Position numbers and translations under genes: made by a program. A model generated the notes under the pieces. It saw only the letters and a list, made by a program, of their open reading frames with translations, did no database searches and was not told the DNA's origin. Below, in pieces: positions 16,615 to 25,910 of a stretch of 49,651 bases of DNA. How positions within the stretch are numbered: the first letter of the stretch is position 1; every line of letters begins with the position of its first letter. Source of the DNA: a virus; the IMG/VR virus record IMGVR_UViG_3300045988_028961; one strand, written 5' to 3'.

Positions 16615-17134
16615 TAACACTTTTAACACGACAGCGGGTCAGACCATTGACCGCGAGCTTCTGATTGCGTATCTGAACACCGGCGCCAGCACTTCGCCGG
16701 AGTGGTCGGCCTTTGGCACCCGCGTGACGGACTCCAGCATGGAATACGACTGGCAGGAGGATTCCAGCAAGGACATCCTTGGCACCACCCGCACCACCAT
16801 GAAAAAGCCCATTGTCACGCAGACCTTTGACCCCTGCGATCTGGACAGCGGCGACAAAGCGCTGACGAAGATCTGGGAGCTGGCCGTCAAGAAACAGGAT
16901 GCGGCTGCACTGGCAAATCAGGACGTGCTGATCGTCCACCACTACGCAGGCACCGCAAAGACGGCTGTGTTTGCCGAGCGCTACGAGGGCGCGATGGTGA
17001 AGCCCTCCAGCCTTGGCGGCGAGGGCGGCGGCTTTGTGGGAATGCCCATTGACGTTACTTACGGCGGCACCCGCACCACCGGCACAGCTTCCGTGACTGC
17101 CGGTGTGGTGACGTTTACGGCGGATTCGGAGTAA
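16607..17134 (+). CDS. Major tail protein
   Basis: 175 aa, located just before the tail chaperone genes. The N-terminal pattern NTTAGQTIDRELLIAYLNTG...EWSAFGTRVTDSS is typical of siphovirus major tail proteins. Confidence 0.7.
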   Translation: MPDNTFNTTAGQTIDRELLIAYLNTGASTSPEWSAFGTRVTDSSMEYDWQEDSSKDILGTTRTTMKKPIVTQTFDPCDLDSGDKALTKIWELAVKKQDAAALANQDVLIVHHYAGTAKTAVFAERYEGAMVKPSSLGGEGGGFVGMPIDVTYGGTRTTGTASVTAGVVTFTADSE

Positions 17135-17156
17135 CTGACCGAAGGAGGCGCGACAA

Positions 17157-17576
17157 ATGAAGGAACTGAAAATCACAACCGGCGTTGAAACCTATAAGCT
17201 GAACGATTCTGTTGAAGTCTCTTTCAACCCCACAGACGGCGCGTTTGTGGAAAAGCTTTTCAACGCCTTTGACACGCTGGATAAGCGGCAGGAATCCTAT
17301 AAGGCCGAAGTAGAGAAAAACGCTGGCAAAAGAGAGCTTTTTGACGTGGCCCGGAAACTGGATGGCGAAATGCGGGAAATCGTCAACGATGTGTTCGGTT
17401 TTGACGTATGCACCGGCCTTTTCGGAGCACTGAATGTGTACGCGCTGGCGGATGGCCTGCCCATCTGGGCGAACCTGATGCTGGCCATCATGGACGAGAT
17501 CGACGCCACGATGCTGCGGGAAAAGAAAGCCGCTGATCCCCGTATCGCCAAGTACACCAAGAAGTACCACAGATGA
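17157..17576 (+). CDS. Tail assembly chaperone (putative)
   Basis: Position between the major tail protein and the tape measure. Acidic protein. Confidence 0.5.
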   Translation: MKELKITTGVETYKLNDSVEVSFNPTDGAFVEKLFNAFDTLDKRQESYKAEVEKNAGKRELFDVARKLDGEMREIVNDVFGFDVCTGLFGALNVYALADGLPIWANLMLAIMDEIDATMLREKKAADPRIAKYTKKYHR

Positions 17577-18121
17577 CGTACACGCTGCCGACATCCGTCG
17601 AGATCAACGGACAGGAGTACGAGGTGCGGTCGGATTTTCGGGTCATCCTGGACATTCTGGAAGCCATTGGCGACGTGGAACTGGATGACCAGCAGCGGGC
17701 GGCGGTGGTGCTGGATATCTTCTATCCCGGATTTGAGGACATGCCTGCCGACGATTACGAGGAAGCCATTGCAAAATGCATGTGGTTTATCAACTGCGGG
17801 CAGATAGAAGAAACCAGCAAGAAGCCCAAGAAACTGGTGGACTGGCAGCAGGATTTCCCCGTGGTCGTCGCGCCTGTAAACCGCGTGATGGGTACGGAAG
17901 TTCGGTTGATGGAATATCTGCACTGGTGGACATTCATCGGCGCGTATCAGGAGATCGGAGACTGTCTGTTTGCCCAAATCGTGGGCATCCGGCAAAAGCT
18001 TGCCAACGGGAAGTCGCTGGACAAGAGCGAGAGAGAGTTTTACCGGAACAACCGGAACCTTGTTGATCTGAAGCATAGATACACCGATTGGGAGAACGAC
18101 AAGATTCGGGAATGGGTGTGA
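17573..18121 (+). CDS. Phage Gp15-like tail-associated protein
   Basis: LPTSVEINGQEYEVRSDFRVILDILEA resembles the Phage_Gp15 family. ATGA overlap with the previous gene. Confidence 0.5.
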   Translation: MTYTLPTSVEINGQEYEVRSDFRVILDILEAIGDVELDDQQRAAVVLDIFYPGFEDMPADDYEEAIAKCMWFINCGQIEETSKKPKKLVDWQQDFPVVVAPVNRVMGTEVRLMEYLHWWTFIGAYQEIGDCLFAQIVGIRQKLANGKSLDKSEREFYRNNRNLVDLKHRYTDWENDKIREWV

Positions 18122-18125
18122 AAAA

Positions 18126-18146
18126 GCCGCCCCGAAATGGGGCGGC
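18126..18146 (-). terminator. Intrinsic terminator for the minus-strand moron
   Basis: GCCGCCCC-gaaat-GGGGCGGC hairpin. The A5 run at 18121-18125 gives a U-run only for minus-strand transcripts. Confidence 0.6.
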
Positions 18147-18158
18147 TATTCCGAAAAC

Positions 18159-18734
18159 TTATTTGTTTGGGTAAATGGTGACGGATTCGCCTTTTTCCAC
18201 TGTGGAAACGCTGTTGTTGTCGTAAGCGACAAGGGAGAAATCTACCTTTTCCACATCGGAAAGCGGCGTATCGCAGAAAACGATGAAGGAGCCTGTCACT
18301 TTTTTCCCCGCGGCTGTGGTGACCGGCAGACCGGCTCCAGTGTTGCAGTGCTCGTCATCAACGTAAACATCTTCAAGGGTATACATACATTCTTTGTCAC
18401 TGGTGTTGCTGATGTTAATTGTGATGTAAAAAGCGCCCTGCACAGCGTCAGCGGAAAAGCACTTTTCAACTTGAGCGGTAAAACTGCCGTTGGTTATCGT
18501 CAATAACTCCGCTGCGGAAGAATCTCCGCCCGTGGAATTATTGGTTTCTTGCGGTGTATAACCGCCGCCGCAAGACTTTGCCATAATGCCAATAACGGCA
18601 CAAAGCGTAATGACAATGATGATGGAGCAAGCGCTTAACGCACCGACGTGCTGTTTTGCTCCGCACTTTGGACAGACTTTCGCGGATTTTGCTATTTCAG
18701 CGCCGCAGGTTTTGCATTTTACAAGTTTTGCCAT
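18159..18734 (-). CDS. Moron: zinc-ribbon, TM-anchored protein with an extracytoplasmic beta-rich (DUF4352-like) domain
   Basis: RBS GGAGGGG lies 8 nt before ATG 18734. CKTCG...CPKCG ribbon, TM helix ALSACSIIIVITLCAVIGIMA, then an ~140-aa Ser/Thr-rich domain. It is the only minus-strand gene inside the structural operon. Confidence 0.7.
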   Translation of the reverse strand: MAKLVKCKTCGAEIAKSAKVCPKCGAKQHVGALSACSIIIVITLCAVIGIMAKSCGGGYTPQETNNSTGGDSSAAELLTITNGSFTAQVEKCFSADAVQGAFYITINISNTSDKECMYTLEDVYVDDEHCNTGAGLPVTTAAGKKVTGSFIVFCDTPLSDVEKVDFSLVAYDNNSVSTVEKGESVTIYPNK

Positions 18735-18755
18735 TTTTATAACCCCTCCATAAAC

Positions 18756-18805
18756 ATAATTTGTGTGCGCACACAAATTATATCACTTTTGCACAAACAA
18801 GTCCA
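18756..18805 (-). promoter_or_regulatory. Moron promoter overlapped by a perfect 26-bp palindromic operator
   Basis: On the minus strand: TGGACT (18805-18800), a 17-nt spacer, then TATAAT (18782-18777). The palindrome ATAATTTGTGTGC|GCACACAAATTAT at 18756-18781 covers the -10 and the start site. An extra half-site CACACAAATTA lies at 18804-18814. Confidence 0.6.
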
Positions 18806-18833
18806 CACAAATTAACGAAAGCGTGGTGATCAT

Positions 18834-21107
18834 ATGGCAGCTGACGGCTCTATTGTTTTCAGCACGGAAATCGACGATAAGCAGGCGCAAGCGGAACTGA
18901 AAAAACTGGAAGCCAAAATCGAAAAGCTTAACAGCAAAATCTACGACAAGCGTCAGGCGCAGCTCCCGCTTGTAGAGCAGTCTAAGCAGTTGGGTGCGGC
19001 GCTGGATGCGGCACAGCAAAAGCTAGAAGATATGCGCAACGGCACGTCGTTTTATTACACAAAGTCTCAAATCAAGGATCAAGAGAAAGAGGTCAAGATC
19101 CTTGATAAGCAATTTCAGGCGCTGAACAACCGAATCGACAAAATTGGAGAGTCCATTGCTTCCGATACCAGAAATTTGGACGGCATGAAAGCAAAGGCCG
19201 GTGAGCTTTCCGGACAGATTGCCGGGGCCAAAAACCAAACAAACGGCATGAGCGACGCGGCGGAGGAAGCTTCCAAGCGCATGGACAATTTCGGCCAAAA
19301 AGTAAGAACGCTGGCGCGGCGCGTGTTCGTGTTTTCGCTGATCACAGCGGGTTTAAGAGCGCTGAAAGATTACCTGTGGGAAGCCATCAAGACCAACAAC
19401 GAGGCTGTGGCGGCTATCGCGCGGCTGAAGGGCGCATTGATGACGCTGGCGCAGCCCATTGTGGAGGTGGTGATACCGGCGTTCACGCTGCTGATCAACG
19501 TACTGACCCGCATCGTGACGGCGGTGGCGAAGCTGGTTTCCATGCTGTTCGGCACCACGATCCAGAAATCGGCGGCTGGCGCAAAAGCGCTGAACAAGCA
19601 GAAAAACGCCATTGAGGACGTGGGCGAAGCGGCAGAGGAAGCGTCGGGCAGTCTGGCAGATTTCGACGAGCTGACCACGATCTCTTACTCCGACAACAAA
19701 TCCTCCGGCAGCGGCGGACTTGGCGACATGGGCCTTGACGCCAGCGGCGGCATTGCGCCGGACTTTACCAGCATGATCGATGATGGGTTGAGCGCCATTC
19801 TGGAACTCTTTACCGGCGCGGCGCTGCTGGCGCTGGGCGCTATTCTGACCTTCTCCGGCGCGAATATCCCGCTGGGTATCGCACTGATGGTGTTGGGCGC
19901 TATCGCCATCTGGGACGCCATTTCGGAGAATTGGGACGCGATAAAGGAAATGCTGCAAGGGCCGCTGGGCTGGGCGGTGGCTATTATCAGCACGGCCCTG
20001 TTGGTGATCGGCGCGATCTTGATCTTCACGGGCGCAAACGTCCCGTTGGGCATCGGACTTCTGATCGCGGGAGCCATCGGACTGGCAACAACAGTAGCGG
20101 CCAACTGGAGCTTTATCGTAGAGGCTTTGCAGGGACCGTTGGGTCTGGTCATGGGGCTTTTGAGTACGGCTTTTCTTGTACTTGGCGTCATCATCCTGTT
20201 CACCGGCGCAAGCCTGCCGCTGGGCCTTGGCCTGTTGATCATCGGCGCGGTCGGCATGGCGGCCTCTATTGCGCCCAACTGGAACACCATTGTAGAAGCG
20301 CTGCAAGGGCCGCTGGGCGCGGTTGTGGCGCTGGTAAGCGGTGCTTTGCTGGTGCTGGGTATTATCCTGCTGTTCACCGGCGTGGGCATTCCGTTGGGCG
20401 TGGGCTTGATCCTGGCGGGCGCTGCGGGGCTGGTGGGCACCGTTGCCGTCAATTGGGATTTCATCCAAGACAAAATCATGAGCATCTGGGACGGCATCAA
20501 AAACTGGTGGAACACAAAAGTCAAAAAGTATTTTACCGCACAATATTGGCAAGACCTTGGCCGAAAAATGCTCAACGGCCTTTCGGATGGTTTAAAAAAC
20601 GCGTGGACGGCGGTAAAGAATTGGGTTCTTGATAAGGTGCAATGGATTATTGACGCTTTTAGCAGAGCGGCCAACTTCTTTTCCAATACGTTTTCCAAGA
20701 AAAACAATCTTGGTTCCGGCGGTGTTGGGGGATATGGCGCTTACAAACCTCAGTCTATGCCCGCGCTGCGGCGCGCGGAAGTGCCTGCGCTGGCGCAGGG
20801 CGCGGTGATCCCGGCTAACAAAAAGTTCCTGGCGGTTCTGGGTGACCAGACCAGCGGGACAAACGTGGAAGCTCCTTTGAGCACCATTCAGCAGGCGGCG
20901 GTTCAGGCGTTTGCGGAGATGGGGCCGGAGTTTGCAAGGTATATTGTGCAGGCGTTTGTGGAGGCCGGTATGCTGGGCAACATCCGGGCCATCGAGGACT
21001 ACGCAAGGGTGACGGCGCAGAAGGATTTCACGCTGGGTAAACCTTCGTCCTCTGCGGGCCGGTGGATCAACCAGAGCATGGAAGCATACGAAGCGGTAAG
21101 GGGGTGA
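18834..21107 (+). CDS. Tape measure protein
   Basis: 757 aa. N-terminal coiled coil, then a central region of Gly-rich hydrophobic repeats. Position before the tail-tip genes. Confidence 0.9.
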   Translation: MAADGSIVFSTEIDDKQAQAELKKLEAKIEKLNSKIYDKRQAQLPLVEQSKQLGAALDAAQQKLEDMRNGTSFYYTKSQIKDQEKEVKILDKQFQALNNRIDKIGESIASDTRNLDGMKAKAGELSGQIAGAKNQTNGMSDAAEEASKRMDNFGQKVRTLARRVFVFSLITAGLRALKDYLWEAIKTNNEAVAAIARLKGALMTLAQPIVEVVIPAFTLLINVLTRIVTAVAKLVSMLFGTTIQKSAAGAKALNKQKNAIEDVGEAAEEASGSLADFDELTTISYSDNKSSGSGGLGDMGLDASGGIAPDFTSMIDDGLSAILELFTGAALLALGAILTFSGANIPLGIALMVLGAIAIWDAISENWDAIKEMLQGPLGWAVAIISTALLVIGAILIFTGANVPLGIGLLIAGAIGLATTVAANWSFIVEALQGPLGLVMGLLSTAFLVLGVIILFTGASLPLGLGLLIIGAVGMAASIAPNWNTIVEALQGPLGAVVALVSGALLVLGIILLFTGVGIPLGVGLILAGAAGLVGTVAVNWDFIQDKIMSIWDGIKNWWNTKVKKYFTAQYWQDLGRKMLNGLSDGLKNAWTAVKNWVLDKVQWIIDAFSRAANFFSNTFSKKNNLGSGGVGGYGAYKPQSMPALRRAEVPALAQGAVIPANKKFLAVLGDQTSGTNVEAPLSTIQQAAVQAFAEMGPEFARYIVQAFVEAGMLGNIRAIEDYARVTAQKDFTLGKPSSSAGRWINQSMEAYEAVRG
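19810..20470 (+). repeat. About 4 tandem copies of a 174-nt (58-aa) hydrophobic repeat inside the tape measure gene
   Basis: The unit G(A/V)(N/S)xPLGxxLxxxGAxxxxxxxxxNWxxIxExLQGPLGxxxxxxSxAxLVxGxILxFT recurs with a ~174-nt period; GANIPLG, GANVPLG, GASLPLG and GVGIPLG begin near 19857, 20030, 20205 and 20378. Confidence 0.7.
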
Positions 21108-21111
21108 CGAG

Positions 21112-21516
21112 GTGTACAACGGCTATCTTGTCAAAGTAAACGGGACTGTGTTTCCTATGAAATACATTGCCGAAAAGTCTTACACCGCGCACCCCGACCA
21201 GCGGCTTGATCTGGACAGTGAGAGAGACGCAACGGGCATCCTGCACCGACAAGTGGTAAGCCACATGCCAAACAAGGTGGAGTTCAACACCATTCCGCTG
21301 ACCAACACCGAGGTTGCGGAGATCACGCGGATCACGGGTTTAGGCCCGTCCAACCGGGCACGAGACGTTACCATTGAGCTATACAACACCGAAACGGACG
21401 GGTACGAGACGGCGCGATGCTATATTCCAAACCTGGAATATTCTATCGACTGGATCGACAACGAGAAAAAAGTCATCCACTATTCACCCATCCGGTACGC
21501 ATTTATCGAATACTAA
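21112..21516 (+). CDS. Distal tail protein-like (putative)
   Basis: First gene after the tape measure. GTG start with RBS AAGGGGG. Short for a Dit protein, so tentative. Confidence 0.4.
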   Translation: MYNGYLVKVNGTVFPMKYIAEKSYTAHPDQRLDLDSERDATGILHRQVVSHMPNKVEFNTIPLTNTEVAEITRITGLGPSNRARDVTIELYNTETDGYETARCYIPNLEYSIDWIDNEKKVIHYSPIRYAFIEY

Positions 21517-21528
21517 GGAGGTGGCCGA

Positions 21529-23703
21529 TTGTATCAGGCAAGCACGGCATTTCATACGTCGGCCATGTCCGAGACCACAGACAAACGCCTGCTGATGCAG
21601 TTTTCCGACACGTTTCTGACGGGAGCGGATGTTGGCGATATTGAAGTAACCTATCCGCTGAATGAGGAAACGGATCTATCTGTCGGGAAATGCGTATCGG
21701 CAGAGCTGAAAACGTCGGTTTTAAATTACCACGGTCTGCTGAACGGGTTTGGATTTGGTAAGTGCAAGGTGTCTCTGGGTGCTTTGATCGGTACAGACAC
21801 ATGGAGCGGAAGCGGCGTAAGCGTGATGTATAACTACGGCACTGCAAATGCTGTGACCATCACGGCAAATGCCACAGCGCCGTATCTGAGCGGCGTGACG
21901 GGCGATCAGCCTACGTTTTCACCGGACTGCCTGGTGCTGGTGGGGGACACGCTGTACGCGGGAGACGGGGACGGGAACGCATGGGCGGCCACCATCGACG
22001 GCAGCACGTTGACGGCGGTGGGCGGCGGCACCTGGGCCAACGTTTCCGCAAAAACGTGGGCGCAGGTCTCCGGCCAGACATGGGCCGGGCTGAGCCAGCA
22101 GGGCGTGAGCGCGTTTATGGCCCACAAGCTTCAGCAGTGGTCTGGGCGCGGCCTGAGCTATCAGGACGGCATGGCGTATGAGTTTACGACCAACGGCGTG
22201 GACAAGTACGAATATGTCCCGCTGGGTACGTTCTACTTCTCGACGCCGGAGCAGCGGCGAGTGGCTAACATCTCCTGCGAGGCGCTGGACGGGATGCAGC
22301 TGTTCAACGTGGACGTGGATGACTGGTGGGCTTCCCTCACCTGGCCGCTGACGCGGGGGCAGCTTCTTGCCAGCCTGTGTGCTCACGTCGGCGTGCCGCT
22401 GAAAACCACCACGTTCCCGGGGAGCGACGTATCCATTGCATCGGCTCCTATGGCCGGGAACGGTCTTGTGGGCAAAGACGTGCTGGGCTGGATCGCGGAG
22501 ACGGCGTGCGCCTACGCACGGATGAGCCGGGACGACAAGCTGGAACTGGTGTGGTTCGCTTCCCAGAACGTCAAGCTGACGCAGAGCCAGCACTTCGGGG
22601 ATTCTCCGGCGGAGTATGAAACGCCTGCCGTGCAGGCGCTGCATGTGATGGTGGCCAACACCGACCTGGGCGTGATGCTGCCGGAAAACGGGACGGGCAA
22701 CGAGTATCAGGTGCTGGACAATCCCTTGTATTACGGCTCTACGGAGGCGGAGATCAGGAGCAAGGCGCAAGACCTGTATGAAAAGCTGGCCGCGTTCCCG
22801 GCCTACACGCCCAATAGCGTGGACGCGGTGTGCGACTGGTCTATCGAGCCGGGCGACATCATCCAGGTGGTGGGCGGCGATGGCACGACGCGGACACTGC
22901 CCATCTTCCGCATGACCCTGAAATGGGTCGGAGGCTGGGCGAGGGCTACCTACGAGTGCACCGGCGGGACGGGCCGAAAGCCCGCGCCGCAAAGTAAACG
23001 GCGTGAGTTCGCCGCATATCGGGCGTACCACAAGCTGGAGGTGGACATCACCGGTATCCACAGTGAGATCGGCGACGTGAAGGGCAACGTGGCCACGCTG
23101 GAGGTGACGGCCAGCGAACTGCGGACGCAGATCAGCGGCAAGCTCGACGGGAACCAGGCCCAAAGCTTGATTGACCAGACGGTGGACAAAATCTCACTGG
23201 AGGTGTCCAGCGGCTCCGGAGGATCGTCCTTCGTCCTGAAAAAGGACGGGGTGCAAATCTCGTCCGACACCGTGGATATCACGGCAAACGCCATCAATCT
23301 CTCCACGGCCAACATCTCCGGGACATTGAGCGCATCCTACATCGACGCGGCAAACTTGCATGTGCAGGGCGCCAATATCGACAACCTGACGGTGACAAAC
23401 GCCATGATCGACACGCTGTATGCCAGCAAGATCATCGGCGGCAGCGGGACGTATGGCGGGTATCTGCCTCAGGCGGCTATCTCCGATCTGGGGCGGCGGC
23501 TGGACTACCTGTACAGCAAGGACGGGTCGTTCTCCGGTACGCTGGGTACCAACATCATCACCGCCAGCAATTACCTGCGGTTCTATTCGGGCGAGACGGT
23601 AGGGGCCGAGCTGTCGGCCTCCGGCGTGACGGCGGGCAGCACCACCAAGACCTGGGCGCAGATCCTGGCGGGCGCGGGCGGCGGTGCGGCTGTGTTTGGG
23701 TGA
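21529..23703 (+). CDS. Tail tip / tail-associated (endopeptidase-tail family-like) protein
   Basis: 724 aa, second gene after the tape measure. TTG start with RBS AAGGAGGTGG. C-terminal coiled-coil and repeat region. Confidence 0.6.
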   Translation: MYQASTAFHTSAMSETTDKRLLMQFSDTFLTGADVGDIEVTYPLNEETDLSVGKCVSAELKTSVLNYHGLLNGFGFGKCKVSLGALIGTDTWSGSGVSVMYNYGTANAVTITANATAPYLSGVTGDQPTFSPDCLVLVGDTLYAGDGDGNAWAATIDGSTLTAVGGGTWANVSAKTWAQVSGQTWAGLSQQGVSAFMAHKLQQWSGRGLSYQDGMAYEFTTNGVDKYEYVPLGTFYFSTPEQRRVANISCEALDGMQLFNVDVDDWWASLTWPLTRGQLLASLCAHVGVPLKTTTFPGSDVSIASAPMAGNGLVGKDVLGWIAETACAYARMSRDDKLELVWFASQNVKLTQSQHFGDSPAEYETPAVQALHVMVANTDLGVMLPENGTGNEYQVLDNPLYYGSTEAEIRSKAQDLYEKLAAFPAYTPNSVDAVCDWSIEPGDIIQVVGGDGTTRTLPIFRMTLKWVGGWARATYECTGGTGRKPAPQSKRREFAAYRAYHKLEVDITGIHSEIGDVKGNVATLEVTASELRTQISGKLDGNQAQSLIDQTVDKISLEVSSGSGGSSFVLKKDGVQISSDTVDITANAINLSTANISGTLSASYIDAANLHVQGANIDNLTVTNAMIDTLYASKIIGGSGTYGGYLPQAAISDLGRRLDYLYSKDGSFSGTLGTNIITASNYLRFYSGETVGAELSASGVTAGSTTKTWAQILAGAGGGAAVFG

Positions 23704-23709
23704 TAGAGC

Positions 23710-25245
23710 ATGGATGTTAATCTTACATTTCGATGCGGAGACGGCATCAGCAAATTCGTTGTGCACGTCAGCAACGACAATCGGTTTCCGCAGACGATCA
23801 GCACAACGTCGGGTCAAACCTGGAGCGGCATCACACAGGGCGCGAGATGCTGGATCGACGGCATTGTTTACAAGAGCGGCTATTCCGGCGCGCGGGCCAA
23901 GTGCAGCGCCAACGGAAGCGACTGGAACTTGGCGGAGGACAAGTACGTCGGGACGAGTACGACCCGAAACATCACGGTATACGCGTCAAGCTCCGGCTAC
24001 GACACCAACAGCATCTATTTTCGCGTGGGCACCGGCGTGGCCAGCTACCGGATGCAGTATGCCAACGCAACGTCTACGGGCCTGCTGAGCAACTACATCA
24101 ACTCGGATTACCAATCCACGGTGCTGGCAGTGCGGGACGGCACCAACGCGGCACTGTACGGCCTGACGTATGAAGACGGCTACGGAGAGCCATACCAGTT
24201 CGTCGAGTACACCAACAGCGCGTTTTCCTCCGTAAAGAAGTATTTCACGGCGGGAGATGGCTATGTATACTCCAGCGGGACGCGATACATCGCTCTGACG
24301 GCCACAAGGCTGGCTTATTGGTACCGCGTGAGGGCGTGGGGCAACGGCGGCACGTTCACGGGGCAGGGCGGCGCGGACAACTATTATACCGCGCTGGCCA
24401 GCAGCGCCACCACGTCGATCAATTTTGACACGGGAACGCTGGAAACGCCGACGCGGGCCGGGTACACGTTCCTGGGCTGGGGCTACAGCTCCAGCGCAAC
24501 GCAATACTACAACGGGACGATCTCTATCAGCGCTACGTCCCAGAGCTCCAGCAGCCCCACCATCTACAACCTGTATGCGATCTGGGAGAAAGTGACCTAC
24601 ACCGCCAACGTCAAGCTGGGCGATGGCGTCACGGCGGCGAATGTCTTGGTGAACGGTGCGCAGAAGTCCTATATCACCGACCGGGCCTACCACGCGATCT
24701 CCATCTCTAATGGTGACACGCTGACGATCAACGGCATTGCAAAGAAAACCGGATATGGTCTGCCGTACCTGCTGACGTACTACGCCAGCGCCACCTCCAC
24801 GACGCCGATCCGCACGGCGGAGTACAGCACGGAGAGCGTTGAATTTACCTGGGCTTCCGGGAACCTGTGGATGGTGCTGTCCGCTGCAAAAACGAGCATT
24901 GACCTGTTCTATTGGAGCAGCGCTACATGGGACGCAGCAAACATCAAGGCGGGACAGCCCATCAGCAACCTGACGGCCACGCGGTGGAACAATCTGCTGG
25001 CGAAGATCAAGGAATTGGCAGAGGCCGAGGGCGGCAGCTACAGCTATTCCCGCGTCAGCTCCGGCGCGACCATCTATGCCAGCAGCTTCAACGCCGTCCG
25101 GACGGCCATCAGTAACCGGACGGGCTACGGGACGCTGCCAGCGGCGCAGAGCAAGGGCAACAACGTCAAGGCGGCACTATTCGAGGGCAGCGGCTCCCTA
25201 AAGTCGGCACTGAATGCCGCCATCAACCACTACAACAACAGTTAG
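23710..25245 (+). CDS. Tail fibre / receptor-binding candidate with a Flg_new-like repeat
   Basis: GYTFLGWGYSS...YNLYAIWEKV repeat signature. Ser/Thr/Tyr-rich. Tail-distal position. Confidence 0.55.
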   Translation: MDVNLTFRCGDGISKFVVHVSNDNRFPQTISTTSGQTWSGITQGARCWIDGIVYKSGYSGARAKCSANGSDWNLAEDKYVGTSTTRNITVYASSSGYDTNSIYFRVGTGVASYRMQYANATSTGLLSNYINSDYQSTVLAVRDGTNAALYGLTYEDGYGEPYQFVEYTNSAFSSVKKYFTAGDGYVYSSGTRYIALTATRLAYWYRVRAWGNGGTFTGQGGADNYYTALASSATTSINFDTGTLETPTRAGYTFLGWGYSSSATQYYNGTISISATSQSSSSPTIYNLYAIWEKVTYTANVKLGDGVTAANVLVNGAQKSYITDRAYHAISISNGDTLTINGIAKKTGYGLPYLLTYYASATSTTPIRTAEYSTESVEFTWASGNLWMVLSAAKTSIDLFYWSSATWDAANIKAGQPISNLTATRWNNLLAKIKELAEAEGGSYSYSRVSSGATIYASSFNAVRTAISNRTGYGTLPAAQSKGNNVKAALFEGSGSLKSALNAAINHYNNS

Positions 25246-25254
25246 GAGGAGACT

Positions 25255-25563
25255 ATGCAGATCGTATTTGACCGAGGTCTGGAGACCCAGAACGCCATCA
25301 ACATTGCGTTTTTCGGCGAGAACCTGAACCGAGGCACGCTGAACGCCAGTATGACGAAGCGTCTGACGCCGGAGGATAGCAAGGTTCCCAATCTGGGGAC
25401 GCTGGAGAAGCGGTTCTCCGTGCTGGAGATCGTAGACGGCAGCGTATCCGTGCCGGTGCAGGGCAGCTACAACACGGTGCTGGACGCGTCGGCAGCGTAC
25501 AACTCCGCCACGAAGGAGTACAGCGTGACGGTGATCCTGGGCCATACGGAGGCGCAGGCATGA
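25255..25563 (+). CDS. hypothetical tail-module protein
   Basis: RBS AGGAGGAG. Coupled to neighbouring genes. Confidence 0.45.
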   Translation: MQIVFDRGLETQNAINIAFFGENLNRGTLNASMTKRLTPEDSKVPNLGTLEKRFSVLEIVDGSVSVPVQGSYNTVLDASAAYNSATKEYSVTVILGHTEAQA

Positions 25564-25910
25564 CGACCACCACCAATCTGGGCCTGCAGAAGCCTGCGGA
25601 GAACGACAATCTGGGCGCGTCGCTGACAGCGTTCAATGACAATTTTGACAAACTGGACGCCGCGCAGCCGAGGAAAACTGCCGTCTCGCTGCCCGCTTCC
25701 GGTTGGGACGCGGAGGCGAAGACGCAGACGGTGAGCGTGACGGGGATGACGGAGTCGGCGCTGGTCATCACGTCGGCGGCGCCGGTAAGCTTCGTCGCGT
25801 GGAGCGACGCCGGGGTGCGGTGCTCCGCCCAGAGCGGCGGGGCGCTGACCTTTGCGTGCGAGACGATCCCCACGGCGGATCTGACCGGGAATGTGGTGAT
25901 CCTGGCATGA
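25560..25910 (+). CDS. hypothetical tail-module protein
   Basis: ATGA overlaps at both ends. Confidence 0.45.
   Translation: MTTTTNLGLQKPAENDNLGASLTAFNDNFDKLDAAQPRKTAVSLPASGWDAEAKTQTVSVTGMTESALVITSAAPVSFVAWSDAGVRCSAQSGGALTFACETIPTADLTGNVVILA

Noticed and set aside
17157-18121. Looked for the canonical -1 programmed frameshift joining the two tail chaperone ORFs
   Set aside because: The two ORFs are joined by an ATGA stop/start overlap at 17573-17576. The second has its own ATG and a distinct Gp15-like sequence. No slippery heptamer was seen and none is needed.
19353-20707. Long minus-strand ORFs (399 aa and 340 aa) antisense to the tape measure gene
   Set aside because: They are shadow ORFs of a GC-rich repeated coding region. 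Their composition is Arg/Gln/His/Pro-rich junk and they have no RBS. The + strand frame encodes a clearly periodic tape measure protein.
21919-23163. 414-aa minus-strand ORF antisense to the tail-tip gene
   Set aside because: It is a typical high-GC antisense open frame (Arg/Pro/His/Gly-rich) with no RBS. The + strand product has normal composition and fits the synteny.
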